A stretch of 64,000 nucleotides of DNA, from NCBI RefSeq assembly GCF_963921235.1, contig NC_086097.1:182840001-182904000 (forward strand), read 5' to 3'. The translations under genes were made by a program, and so were the position numbers. This stretch comes from Mobula hypostoma (taxonomy: Eukaryota). The notes under the pieces were generated by a model. It was given only the letters and a program-made list of their open reading frames with translations. It was not told the origin of the DNA and searched no databases. This document shows positions 1 through 12,289 of the stretch, piece by piece (positions within the stretch are counted from its first letter, which is position 1; each line of letters begins with the position of its first letter).

Positions 1-499
1 CTAAGGGGTTGCAATGGAGGGAGGGAATATTTGGGGAGGTGGAGAGTGGAAGTGCAGGTGGAAGGAGAGGTGTTTGGTGAGGCGTGGAGGTGGAAGAAGT
101 GTTCAGTGGGAGGTTGGTGGATGCAAGAGAGGAGGAAGGGATGTTTGGTGAGGTGAGTGGTGGTGGTGGGAGGGTGAGATGGAACGAAGGGGTGGATTGT
201 TGATCAAATAGAGTGATTTGTTCTAGATATGCTGTAGTTTCTGAGGGTTGCTGGAACCACACTAATAGAGATGTAGAGAGAGTCGACATGGAACAGGCCC
301 TTCAGCCCATCAAGTCCAGACAACCATCAGTCACTAGTTTACTGTAATTCTACATTAATCCCACATTCCCACCAACCCCCCCCCAACTAGATAATTTACA
401 GCAGCCAATTAATCCACTGCACACCTTGGTGATGTGGGAGAAAATCGGAAGACCTTGAGGAACCCCATTTGGCCACACGGAAAACAGGCATATAGTGGT

Positions 500-905
500 G
501 GAGATCAGGATTGGACTGGGGTTACTGGAACTGGCTGGAGATCAGGATTGGACTGGGGTTACTGGAACTGGCTGGAGATCAGGATTGGACTGGGGTTACT
601 GGAACTGGCTGGAGATCAGGATTGGACTGGGGTTACTGGAACTGGCTGGAGATCAGGATTGGACTGGGGTTACTGGAACTGGCTGGAGATCAGGATTGGA
701 CTGGGGTTACTGGAACTGGCTGGAGATCAGGATTGGACTGGGGTTACTGGAACTGGCTGGAGATCAGGAATGGACTGGGGTTACTGGAACTGGCTGGAGA
801 TCAGGAATGGACTGGTATTACTGGAACTGGCTGGAGATCAGGATGAACCAAGGTTGCTGGAGTTGTCTGGAGATGAGGATTGGACCGGGGTTGCTGGAGC
901 TGGCT
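500..905. repeat. Minisatellite, 37-bp unit, about 11 copies
   Basis: Unit ggagatcaggattggactggggttactggaactggct; starts at 500, 537 etc.; degenerates toward the 3' end. Confidence 0.95.
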
Positions 906-1974
906 CTACCTGCTGTACACTCACCCTGGCTCATGGGGAGTGTTTCTCACCTATGATTCTGGATGGGAGAAAGGTCATAGGGTGTCAGGATCCTCACACA
1001 ATCCTAGATCCTGACCTGTTCCTACAGCCACGGATTTATGTGGCTGGTCCAGTTGAATTTCTGATCAGTGCTGACCCAGAGAATGTTGATGATGGGGTCT
1101 GAGTGAAGGTTATGTTACTGAGTGTCAAGGGTTCCTGGTTAGACTTTCCCTTGTTGGAGATGGTCATTGCCTGACAGTTTTTTGCGGTTCAATGAAGACC
1201 CTGCAACATATGTAGTGTACTGGTAGTCAGTGCCATGGGCTTTTGATAACTAGATGATGATCAAACCCCACTGGTCAACAATCACCAGAGAGAGGTGAAA
1301 GACGACTGAGGGGAGTTGCTCAGTTTATGTTTAAAAAATAACCCATTCTCAGTGCTAGCCATGGTGGAAACTGCCAACTGATGTAGATACTGATTACCTT
1401 CTCAATCTCATTCTAAGAGAGATTGAGGGGGAAGAAATTCAGAGAGAGTCAGTAAGGGCACCTTCTCCACCCAGGGATGGGATAGTAGCAGGAATGAACC
1501 TCCCATTTGAAGATTGAAGATTGAGAGGCTGACAGTGTTTAGGATGAACACTTAATCGTTTTGAACTGAAGTCCACAGGTCAAGATCTGGGAGGTGGGAT
1601 TAATGTCCATTTAGTGGGTTGGTGCAGGTGTGTGGGGTGAAAGGCCATTCACCATGCCATACACCTTACCCAGTGAGATGCCATCCTCATCCACTCCAGC
1701 TTGTATGAGACCACAGACTGACGTCGTTAACTCATTGCCCTCACCAGCCTTCTGTTTCTGGGGATACTGCTGGTAATGTCCATGGCTGAACAGACAGGCA
1801 GCAGTGGACAGGATGCATCTCTGATCCACTGGGAATGCAGTGCAAAGCTCCTGATTGATCAGCAGGTGTGAGGGTTCAGAGAGACTGATTTGTAAGGAGG
1901 TGTGGGGGCTTGGGGGGAGATTCTGATTGGTTGAGTGCTGTGCATGGCTTAAGTGAAACTGATTGGTCAGGAAG

Positions 1975-2380
1975 TGTGAGGGACTAGGGAGACTCTGATT
2001 GGAAGGTGTGATGGTCCTCAGTGTTGATTGGTTGGGAGGTGTGAGGGACTAGGGAGACTCTGATTGGAAGGTGTGATGGTCCTCAGTGGTGATTGGTTGG
2101 GAGGTGTGAGGGACTAGGGAGACTCTGATTGGAAGGTGTGATGGTCCTCAGTGGTGATTGGTTGGGAGGTGTGAGGGACTAGGGAGACTCTGATTGGAAG
2201 GTGTGATGGTCCTCAGTGGTGATTGGTTGGGAGGTGTGAGGGACTAGGGAGACTCTGATTAGAAGGTGTGATGGTCCTCAGTGGTGATTGATTGGTTGGC
2301 AGGTGTGAGGGACTAGCAAGACTCTGAGTGGAAGGTGTGTGGATTCTCAATGGTGACTGATTGGTCGGGAGGTGTCGGGG
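1975..2380. repeat. Minisatellite, 65-bp unit, about 6 copies
   Basis: ggactagggagactctgattggaagg... recurs at 1981, 2046, 2111. Confidence 0.93.
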
Positions 2381-2667
2381 ATTTGGGGGTAGACTAAGGA
2401 TAAGTGGTGTGGGGTCTCTCAGTGGAGACGGTGGCCTGAGGAGTTTGATGAAATCACCCTGTTGCCTGCTTCCTAATCCTGCAGGATAGGGTTGGTTTCA
2501 TTGAATTTCTGTGCCACACAGACAGCTATGGTGTGAGGGAAGTTGCGCTATGTTCCTTGAGAGATGTGGAGGGGGTAGGAAGTTAAAGTGTGAGATTTCT
2601 CTGTACTGTGTTCTTCAGTAGGACCTGTTCTCTGACCAGCCCTTCAGCTCTTTGCACTTATCTTCAG

Positions 2668-2848
2668 CTTGTGCACCTCTGGAGTTTGGAACTGTACTGA
2701 CCAGATGTGTCTCGAGGCAGTTTCATGCCCCAATAATCTCATACACACCTTCCACTCCTGCCTCAAGACCTGTGACTCGCTTGATGCCAACAGAACGTGT
2801 CTGGACCCCTTTGAAGGCTGTGGATGCCCAGAGGACCTCGTGTTACTG
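2668..2848 (+). CDS. SSPO: SSPO exon 1 in window (end of vWC-like module, TIL)
   Basis: ttcag|c..ctg|gtagga; LCTSGVWNCTDQMC...CLKTCDSLDANRTCLDPFEGCGCPEDLVLL. Confidence 0.88.
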
Positions 2849-3334
2849 GTAGGACTGTACATGTGTGTACACTGCATGAGTGTAGGTACAGCAGAGATTA
2901 CATGGGTGTCTGTGTGCATGTTTGCTTGTCCACGTGTCTGTGTGGGTGCAGTATGTGATTATGTGTGCTTAAAAACTTGTGTATGTCTGACTGTGTGTGT
3001 GTGTGTGTGTGTGTGTGAGCATGCATCGGTATAAATATCTGTGAAATTGGTTTATAATTGTCACGTCACGTGCACCAAGGTACAATGAAAAAAATTGTTT
3101 TGCATGCCATCGATGCAGGTCATTTCATTACTCGGTGAATTCATGTAGTACAGGGCTCAATAACGAAGTGCAGAGTGAAGTGTTAAAGTATTAGACAAAA
3201 TGCGGTGCAGGCAATAAGGTGCAAGATCATTTCGGGGTAGATTGTGAGGTCAAGGGTTCAATCTATTTTAGTAGTCATTTGACAGCAGAGTAAGCTATCT
3301 TTAACCCTGGAGGTACATGCTTTCAAACTGTCGT

Positions 3335-3885
3335 ACAAACTTGAGAAAATCTGCAGTTGCTGGAAATCCAAGCAACACACACAAAATGCTGGAGGAACTC
3401 AGCACGTCAGGCAGCGTCTATGGAAAAAAGTAAACAGTTGACGTTTAGGGCCAAGACCCTTCATCAGGACTGGAAAAAAGGATGAAAAGTTAGAGCAAGA
3501 AGTAGAGGGAGGGGAGGAGGAAGTACAAGGTGGTGAGTGATAGTTGAATCTGGGAGACGGGGAGGGGTGAAGTAAAGAGCTGGGAAGCTGATTAATGAAT
3601 GAGGTAAAGGGCTGGAGAAGAGGGAATCTGATAGGAGAGGACAGAAGGCCATGGAAGAAAGGGAGAGGGAGAGGAGCACCGGAGGGAGGTGATGGGCAGG
3701 TAAGGAGATAAAGTGAGAGAGGAAAATAGGAATGGGGAATGGTGAAGGAGAGGGGGGGAGGGAGTCATTACCACAAGTTTGAGAGATCGATGTTCATGCC
3801 ATCAGGTTGGAGGCTACACAGGCAGAATATAAGGTGCTGCCCCTCCACCCTGAGTTTGGCCTCGCTGTGGCAGCAGAGGAGGCCG
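3335..3885 (-). mobile_element. Penelope-like element 3' fragment with degenerate hammerhead motif
   Basis: Same family as 38890-39797 (acacacaaaatgctggaggaactcagc...acgttt...gacccttcatcaggact; gatgttcatgccatcaggttggaggcta). Confidence 0.7.
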
Positions 3886-4231
3886 TGCCTCTGCATCTTC
3901 TGCCCAGAGAGAGGGGAAGAAGGGAGAATATCCAGGGTGGGGGCCGTTCGGCTATGCTGGCTGCTTTACTGAGGCAGCAAGAAGCTGTGTATCTGCATCA
4001 CTGCCTGTGAGCATTTGTGTTTGTGTATGGTATGTCTGTATATGTGTGTCTGCATTTGTACATGTGTCAGCATGTGTCTGCATGCACGTGTGTGAGGGTA
4101 TGTGTGCATCTGCATACGTGTTTGTGTTTGCCCATACTTGTGTGTGTTTGTATGTGTACCTGTGTGCACACATAGCTGTCTGTGTTTGCCCCTTTGGGTG
4201 GAGGTGAGTCAGCCTGTGCTCCCGTTGACAG

Positions 4232-4326
4232 GGTGACCGGTGTGTACCACCATCACACTGCCCATGTCGTCACAATGGCCGCCTGTACCACAGCAACCAG
4301 ACCATCCACAAGGACTGCAACACCTG
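4232..4326 (+). CDS. SSPO: SSPO exon 2 (end of TIL, vWC-like)
   Basis: gacag|ggt..tg|gtgagt; [31 protein letters not shown]. Confidence 0.9.
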
Positions 4327-4610
4327 GTGAGTGTCCGTCTGTGGAACGCCTGTGCGCAGAGTTATGGTGGTAAACAACAGGGTCCTGGGAAGTGTTGTAG
4401 AACAGAGGGACTGAGGTGTACAGGTCTATAGTTCCATGAAAGTGGTGACATAGATAGAGATAAGCTGTTCAAGACGCTGGTGAGACCACACTTGAAGTAT
4501 TGTGCAGATTTCTCGTCACCCAGTGATGGGAAGGATGTCATTAAGCTGGACAGGGTGCAGAAAAGATTTTCAAGGATCTGACTGGCACTGGAGGGTTTGA
4601 CTCAAGGGCA

Positions 4611-5024
4611 TACACGTCATGGCCACTTTATTAGGTACACCTGTACACCTGCTCATAAACGCAAATACCTAATCAGCAGTAACTCAATGCATAAAAGCAT
4701 GCTGACATGGTCAAGAGGTTCAGTTCTGTTCAGAGCAAACATCAGAATGTGGAAGAAATGTGATCTAAAGAGACTTTGACCGTGGAATGATCGTTGGTGT
4801 GAGATGGAGTAGTTTGACCGAACTCCGGGAGTTTTCACACACGACAGACCAGAATTCAAAATGAAAAACAAAAAAAAAATCAGTGAGTGGCAGTTCTGTG
4901 GGCAAAAACACCTTGTTAATGAGAGAGGTCAGAGGAGACTAACCAGACTGGTTCAAGCTGACAGAAAGGCAGTGGTAACTTTATTAGGTACAGGATGTAT
5001 CTAATAAAGTGGCCACTGAGTGTA
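4611..5024. mobile_element. Non-autonomous Tc1/mariner-type element inserted in a CR1 fragment
   Basis: TA-flanked imperfect TIRs cacgtcatggccactttattaggtaca / tgtatctaataaagtggccactgagtg; CR1-like sequence on both flanks. Confidence 0.75.
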
Positions 5025-6929
5025 AGTTTAAGGTGAGAGGGGAAAGATTCAAAAAGGGAGCTGAAGGATAACTTTTCCACACAGAGGGTGGTGGGTGTGT
5101 GGAACGAGTTGCAGAGGAGAAAGCAGGGGTGAGTACAACTGCAACGAAGGCAGTTGGATAGGAAAGGTTAGAGGGAGTTGTGCCAAAGATAGAGAAATTG
5201 GACCAGTTCAGGTAGACAACTTGGTTAGCATGGACGCAGACATATTGGGCTGAAGGGCCTGTTTCTGTGCTGTGTCACTCTGTGACTAAATGCTTTGAGA
5301 GTACCTGCCTCCACCAAGTCCTCAGGCAGTGTGTTCCAGGTTCAAACCTACCCCACCTCCATGGGGTAAGTAATGTTCGTAGATCTTCTCTGTGTCAATC
5401 CTCTCCTTAAACCAGAGTCACGGAGAAAAGTTTCTCACTTGAATACCAAAGTCCCTTGCTTCCTGAATACTACTGTCCGGTACTTTCTAAACCTCTAAAA
5501 TACAGCATTTCAGACATCAGGATTAGGTTCTGCCTGCCACCTTACCAACTGATCAGTATTGTTCTGTATCCTAATACTCCCTTCCTCACTGTTTTCATCA
5601 CCACCAGTCTTCATATCATTGTGTAACACTAGTCCTAGGCTTCCAATTACAATACCATTGCCCCTGCCTCCTGTCACAAAGGTGGTTTTGGGTCCAATTT
5701 GTCAAGTTGCCTTGGATTCCATGAGCTGTTCAACCAATCTCCTACGTGGAATTGCGTCAAGTCTTCATTTCAACGGCTTCCTATTTTGTCAAAGATTCAA
5801 GTAGGATCTTCTTGCCGACTATTTTTGATCAATCTCTGCTTTTCCTACTGTGGGTCTATTCTGTCTCTCAGAACTTGTTCCAATAAGTTCCCTATAACCC
5901 ACTTAGAGACCTGTAATTCCCAGCTTATCCCTGCAGCTCTTCACATTTGGCATCTGCCAGACACCCAGCAATTCACCTGACGGAAGATTTTAAATTCTCA
6001 GCTTGGTCCTGTAACCTCCTAACTCACTCCTTGCAGCAGCTTGAGATATACCTCTTCAGCTCGGAGTGACTATCCATCTTTGTAGCCATTAAGGCATCAG
6101 GCACCTTATTAAATGGTGATATATTTCTGCCACTTTTCCTAAAATTTACAACCATAATGTTTTTGAACTTTGTCCACATCCTCTGGCTCTGAACACACAT
6201 TGTCCCTTTGGTGTCTAATATAAAATGCCTTGGGATTTTCTTTAGTTTCTTTTGTCAGTCTCATTTTGTGATGCCTCTTTGTCTGCAGAATTTGTTGTAG
6301 GTACCCACTCCCCACTTTGTCTACCCATGAAGGAGTGTACCAAGGAGTCAGTGCCCCTGTTTTTAGTTCTTTGTGCTCATTATTTCTTGAATTCCAGGGC
6401 TCCCTAGATGCACCTTCCATATCTTTCACCCTCCAACTATGTCGCTTGTTGGATTGAAGTTCACCTCTAACTCACTGCTCCTTGTCCACTGTTGCTAGGT
6501 CCCATTTTATGATACTGGAATTATACTTCCCCCGATTCAGGATCTTAATTTCCAGACCACCATTACCTCTTTCCGGAAACATGTTTAAACAAACAGGTTT
6601 ATGGTCACTGGCTGTGGGTAAACAGTATGGATGCATTGGGCTGAAGGGCCTGGAGCTGAACCATACAGCTCTGTCTCACGTGCTCCCGTACTCACACTCC
6701 AACAACGTGTCCGGCTGATATCGTTCAGTGCTGATCCTCGGGTTGAATAGCCTCAGTACCGGCCCTCTACCTCCCACTCCCCTTCTCCCTCCTCCCCCAG
6801 TATTCTCCTCTGCATTGCCCTGCTGCGTTCCTACACCCCCAGCAGATCATCAGCCCCACCTCAACATCCCGCACCTCCCTTCTCCACCCAGCCGGGTCTA
6901 GTCCGTGTCCCAGGTGCCACCTTTTAGTA

Positions 6930-7385
6930 GTGAGGTTTATTATTGTCGCATGTACTATGATTTGATGAAAAGCTTGTCTTGCCTACTGTTCATGCAGATC
7001 AATTCATTACACAGTATATTGGGGTGTACAAGGGGAAACATTAACAGAGCAGGATGAAGAGTAACAGTGACAGAAAATGCAGAGGAGGTAGACAATAAGA
7101 TGCAAGGTCATAGGGTAGAGTGTGAGGCCAAGAGTCCATTTTATCATATTAAGGAACTAAGTCTTATAACAGCAGAGTAGAAGCTGCCCTTCACCCTGGT
7201 AGTGTGTGCTATCAGGCTTTTGTATCTTCTGTCCATTGGGAGGGGAAAGAAGATTAAATGTCCGGGGTGGTTGAGGTCTTTGATCATGCAAGATGCTTTA
7301 CTGAGGCAACAAGAGGGTGTTGACACAGTCCACGGAGGGGAGGCTGGTTCCCTTGATATGCTGAACTACGTCCACACCCCTCTGC
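6930..7385 (-). mobile_element. Rex1/Babar LINE 3' fragment
   Basis: Minus ORF IKDLNHPGHLIFFPLPMDRRYKSLIAHTTRVKGSFYSAVIRL resembles the Rex1 RT C-terminus. Confidence 0.7.
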
Positions 7386-7579
7386 AGCATCACAGTAATT
7401 GTCCCACATGTGGTCCTGGGAGCTGCCCCGGTCTCAGGCTGCTGGAGTGGGCCGTATAGCCCTCAAATCTGGTCACAAACCTTGCTGTAGCCTCGTACCC
7501 CGGGAGCTGATGCCAACGTGGGCTGCTTCAGAAGTAGGTGGGTCTGTTCCCTGCTAACCCCAGCCTGTGTTTGGTGCAG

Positions 7580-7836
7580 CGTGTGCAGGGTGCGGAGGTG
7601 GTGGTGCACCCGGGAGCCGTGTGCAGGGCTGTGCCTGGCGACGGGAGATCCCCACTACCTCACCTTCGACGGCCGCATGTTCACCTTCCTGGGAGACTGC
7701 GAGTACGTGATGGTCCAGGAGCAGGGCGGTCTCTTCACCGTCACAGCCGAGAATGTGCCCTGTGGGACCAGCCGCGTCACCTGCACCAAGTCCATCGCCG
7801 TGGTCATCGGCACCACAGTGGTTCATCTGCTGAGAG
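7580..7836 (+). CDS. SSPO: SSPO exon 3 (vWD start)
   Basis: tgcag|c..ag|gtgagg; CLATGDPHYLTFDGRMFTFLGDCEYVMV...ENVPCGTSRVTCTKSI. Confidence 0.93.
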
Positions 7837-8879
7837 GTGAGGGGTGGGGGGGTCGAGCTGTCAGCAGGGTTTGGGGGTAAGGGCGTGAGGAAGGTGATGA
7901 GGTTGGGGGCAGGGATCAAGGATTTGGGGTGATGGGTGGAGGGGGGAGAAGTGGGTGAGGAGTGTGGGCGTGGCAGAGGTGCGGGTGGGAGGGTCGAGGA
8001 GAACAGGGTTGGGGGCCGGAAGAGGCTGAGGGGTTCAGGGTTGGGGGGGAGGTTGAGAGCAGGATTTAGAGTGGGTGGGGGGTTAAGAGGGTACAGAGCA
8101 TGGGTGGGGAGTCAGTGGGAGTGAGAAGGGTGAGGGTTTGGGGCGGTGAGGTGAGGGGCAGAGGATGGAGCATCAGCTGGGTTAAGGGCTGAAGGGGGAG
8201 TGAGAAGGGTGAGGGCGTGGGAGGGGTGACAAGGATGGGGGGTGGTGCATTGTACGGTGTAACCAGCAATTCTTTGGAGTCCGGAGGGTCAGAGGCCCCA
8301 GAAGTTGGGAGGTTAAGTCTGGAGGGCCTCAGAGGTCGGGGAAGTTACTGGGGGTTTGGGTTTGGATGGCAACACTTCAAGGAAGTACAGAGGGAGGAAA
8401 TGTGGAGGGTGAGGGTTGATGGTGAAATGGTGAAGGAGGCTGGGGGGGTGTTGGGAGGGTTGCGTGGAGAGGGGGGGGAGAGTTGGGAAAGAGGGAGGAA
8501 GGAGAGGGGATTAGGAGAGAAGGGGGAGATTAGGAGTAAAGTGGGGAGTAGGGGAAGGAGAAGTGGGGAGTGGGGAAAGGAGGGGAAGATTAGGAGGGAA
8601 GGTGGAGAGTAGGGGTAAGGAGTTTATGATCGAAGGAGGGGGATTGGGAAGAAGGAGAGTGAGTGAGGGCAGGAGGAGGATTAGGAGGGAAGATGAGGAT
8701 TGGAGAAGGAGGGGTTATTTGGAGGGGAGTGGGAAGGAGAGAAGGGGAAGATTAGAAGGGAAAGTGGGGGATTAGGAAGGAAGATGGGGAGGAGAATGGG
8801 GAAAGGGATGATCAGGAGGGAAGGTGGCGAGTGGGGAAAGGAGGGAAGGATTAGGAGGGAGAGGGAGAGATTAAGAGGG

Positions 8880-9510
8880 AAGGTGAAGGATTAGGAGGGA
8901 AGGTGGTGAGTGAGAGAAGGGCAGATTAGGAGGGAAGGTGGTGAGTGAGGGCAGGAGGGAGATAAGAGGGAAACTGGTGAGTGAGGGAAGGGGGAGATAG
9001 GAGGGAAGGTGGTGAGTGAGGGAAGGGGGAGATAGGAGGGAAGCTGGTGAGTGAGGGAAGGGGGAGATAGGAGGGAAGCTGGTGAGTGAGGGAAGGGGGA
9101 GATAGGAGGGAAGGTGGAGAGTGAGGGAAGGGGGAGATAGGAGGGAGGCTGGTGAGTGGGGAAGGAGAGAGATAGGAGGGAAGGTGGTGAGTGAGGGAAG
9201 GGGGAGATAGGAGGGAAGGTGGAGAGTGAGGGAAGGGGGAGATAGGAGGGAGGCTGGTGAGTGGGGAAGGGGAGAGATGGGAGGGAAGGTGGTGAGTGAG
9301 GGAAGGGGGAGATAGGAGGGAAGCTGGTGAGTGAGGGAAGGGGAGATAGGAGGGAAGGTGGGGAGTGAGGGAAGGGGGAGATAGGAGGGAAGGTGGTGAG
9401 TGAGGGAAGGGGAGATAGGAGGGAAGGTGGTGAATGAGTGAAGGGAGAGATAGGAGGGAAGGTGGGGAGGGGAATGGGGGAAGGTGGGGAGGGGAATGGG
9501 GGAAGGAGAG
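8880..9510. repeat. Purine-rich minisatellite (about 35-bp unit) ending a 1.7-kb G-rich tract
   Basis: Unit gggaagggggagataggagggaaggtggtgagtga. Confidence 0.9.
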
Positions 9511-9559
9511 CAGCCAGTACAGCTGAAGCATTGTGTCATACCATGTGTCATGCCCACAG

Positions 9560-9694
9560 GGAAGGATGTGACGGTGAATGGTGTTGCAGTGAAAGTTCCC
9601 AAAGACTACAGCGGCAGTGGCCTCTCTCTGCACCAGGCCGGCCTCTTTGTGGCTGTGGTCTCACACCTGGGACTGACAGTTCTCTGGGACGGGG
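9560..9694 (+). CDS. SSPO: SSPO exon 4 (vWD)
   Basis: cacag|gg..g|gtgagt; [13 protein letters not shown]...LGLTVLWDG. Confidence 0.92.
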
Positions 9695-9965
9695 GTGAGT
9701 GCTCAACAGGAGATAGCGTGGGGGTGTTCTGATTGTGAGCACTGTTACCACACTGGGGCAAGTGATAGCTGTCCTGTGGTGTGTCCACTGAGACCATTAC
9801 TCACATGCTGTCCACTTTCAGTGTAATTACTCGAGTTACTTCCAAAGATTCTCCACCCTTAGTCAGCAACCACCAAGAAGGAGTGGGAGGGAGTGCATGC
9901 GTTTGGGGGCGCGAGTGCACACGAGCGGGAGAGAGAGTGCATGCAGTAAAGTGAATGTGCATGTA

Positions 9966-9966
<1 letters not shown>

Positions 9967-10024
<58 letters not shown>
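9967..10024. repeat. (CA)n microsatellite
   Basis: About 29 CA units. Confidence 0.97.
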
Positions 10025-10026
<2 letters not shown>

Positions 10027-10694
10027 TACGTGTTCGAGAGAACTTAGAACAGGAACAGGCTCTTCTGCTAATGATGCCTGCCCCAACCATGATGCCAATC
10101 CAAGCCAAACCCAGTATTGCTCCATTCCCTGCCTGTCCATGTGTGTAATAACCTGTTGAACATTTCCGTCCTATCTGCTTCCATCACCTCCCCCTGCCGT
10201 GCCTTCCAGGCACCCACCACAAAAACACGCCCTGATTATTTGCTTTGAACTTTCTCCCTCAGACTTCAAACCCATGTCCTCTAGTACTCTGTTTCCACCC
10301 TGGGAAAAAGATTCTGCCTATTGATGCCCCTCATAATTTTATAAACTTCTGTGTTTCCAGAAAAAGCAACCCAAGTTGGTCCAACCTCTCCTTGTACCTC
10401 ACACCTTCCAATCCAGACAGCAGCCCAGTGAGGCTGTTCTGCACCCTCTCCACATCCTTCCTGTGATGGAGTGACCAGAGCTACACACAATGCTCCAAGT
10501 GTGGCCTGACCAACGTTTTATACAGCAGCAACATGACTTCTCAATATACTCGGTGTATAAGTGATGAATGCCAGCATGACAAACACCACCTTTACCAGTC
10601 AGAGTGTATACCGATGTTTGTGTAAGACAGTATGAGTAGGATTTTTAGAGAGGGAATAACGTATTAGTGTCTCACTGCAGCGTTTCCTCTTCAG

Positions 10695-10897
10695 GAACAC
10701 GTGTGTACGTGCGACTGGAGCCTCAGTACCAGGGTCGTGTCAGTGGGCTGTGCGGTAACTTCGATGGGGACACGGAGAACGACTTCATGACGCGGCAAGG
10801 AATCGTGGAAGCAACGGCGGTCCGCTTTGGGAATTCCTGGCGAGTCAGCCAGAGCTGTCCTGAGGTTCAGGGTGAAGATGCCCACCAACCTTGCTCT
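10695..10897 (+). CDS. SSPO: SSPO exon 5 (vWD end)
   Basis: ttcag|ga..tct|gtacgt; TRVYVRLEPQYQGRVSGLCGNFDGDTENDF...FGNSWRV. Confidence 0.93.
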
Positions 10898-11342
10898 GTA
10901 CGTAGTTCCCCTTGCCAGTTCATCGTCGCATGGCGATTCCTTCCCCTGCATGAGGTCTTGGGGCATGGGGAATGTGTCTGCCCAAACTAACCTTCCTGGG
11001 TCTGGATGGCTGGGTAAACTCAGAAAGGTGGAGACTAAATGGAGAACTAGACACTTTGGGTACACCGTTTGTTCTCAATGGGACTTGCAACAGTATGACT
11101 GGGGTCCTTTCCATTCCACCTTGTTTTCTTCCCCGTTACAGGGGTCTGTCGTGTGACCGCCCTCCCCCCCACAACCGGGGTTCGTCCTGTCACTCCACAT
11201 TGCTGGGGTCTGTCCTGTCTCCCCTCCATTCCTGAGATCCATCCTGTTTCACCCCCACCCCGTTATTGCGGACTATACTGTGTCTCCTCCCGCTACAAGG
11301 GTCCATGCAGGAGCATGTTGTTGTGGAATATCTTGCATGAAA

Positions 11343-11745
11343 CCATGTTAGTGTGTCTGCGGCTGTGCCCATGTTAGCGTGCCTGCGGCTGTGCCCATGT
11401 TAATGTGCCTGTGTCTGTGCCCATGTTAGCATGTCTGTGTCTGTGCCCATGTTAACGTGTCTGTGCCCATGTTAACGTGTCTGTGCCCATGTTAGCGTGC
11501 CTGTGGCTGTGCCCATGTTAACGTGCCTGTGGCTGTGCCCATGTTAGCATGTCTGTGGCTGTGCCCATGTTAACGTGCCTGTATGCTGTGCCCATGTTAG
11601 CGTGTCTGTGGCTGTGCCCATGTTAGCGTTTCTGTGGCTGTGCCCATGTTAACGTGCCTGTGTGCTGTGCCCATGTTAGCGTGTCTGTGGCTGTGCCCAT
11701 GTTAACGTGCCTGTGTGCTGTGCCCATGTTAGCGTGCCTGTGGTT
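11343..11745. repeat. Minisatellite, about 26-bp unit, about 15 copies
   Basis: Unit tgtgcccatgtta(g/a)cgtg(c/t)ctgtggc. Confidence 0.92.
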
Positions 11746-11830
11746 GTGTTTCGTCATGCTCTGTGTGCTGGTCTGGTCCCAGAGACTGTGGATCACTGGT
11801 GTTTAACACTCTGTCCCCTCAAACCCTCAG

Positions 11831-11958
11831 GAGAACCCACACCGTGTGATGTGGGCACGGAAACGCTGCAGCGTCATCAGCCAGTCCCTGTTCCAGCCCT
11901 GCCACCCCGAGGTGCCTCACCAGCCCTTCTATCACTGGTGTGTCTTTGATGCCTGCGG
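11831..11958 (+). CDS. SSPO: SSPO exon 6 (C8 domain)
   Basis: ctcag|gag..gg|gtgagt; ENPHRVMWARKRCSVISQSLFQPCHPEVPHQPFYHWCVFDAC. Confidence 0.92.
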
Positions 11959-12024
11959 GTGAGTGCTCCCAAACAAGCCCTGAAAGTGAGTTTGGATTCT
12001 GGGGTGTATCACGCTGGGAATGGC

Positions 12025-12288
12025 GTCAGTGTTGTTGCTGGTGTCAGTGTCAGTGATGGTGTAGTTGGTATCAGTGTCTATGACAGTGTTGTTATTGGTG
12101 TTGGTCTCAATGACGGTGTTGTTGCTGGTGTCAGTGTCAACGATGGTGTAGTTGGTATCAGTGTCCATGATGGTGGTGTTGCTGGTGTTGGTGTCTGATG
12201 GTGTGTTTGCTGGTGTCAATGATGGTGTTGTTTCCGGTGTTGGTGTCAATGACGGTTTTGCTGGTATCAGTGATGGTGTTGCTAGTGA
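12025..12288. repeat. GT-rich low-complexity array (left half, split by CR1)
   Basis: gttgctggtgtcaatgatggt-type units; the same array resumes at 16305-16765. Confidence 0.85.
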
Positions 12289-12289
12289 C

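Noticed and set aside
434..1102. 222-aa repetitive ORF and overlapping ORFs
   Set aside because: Translation of a 37-bp tandem repeat that is open in all frames; no splice sites linking it to the gene
8871..9633. Pro/Ser/Leu-rich minus-strand ORFs of more than 230 aa
   Set aside because: Artefact of the purine-rich minisatellite
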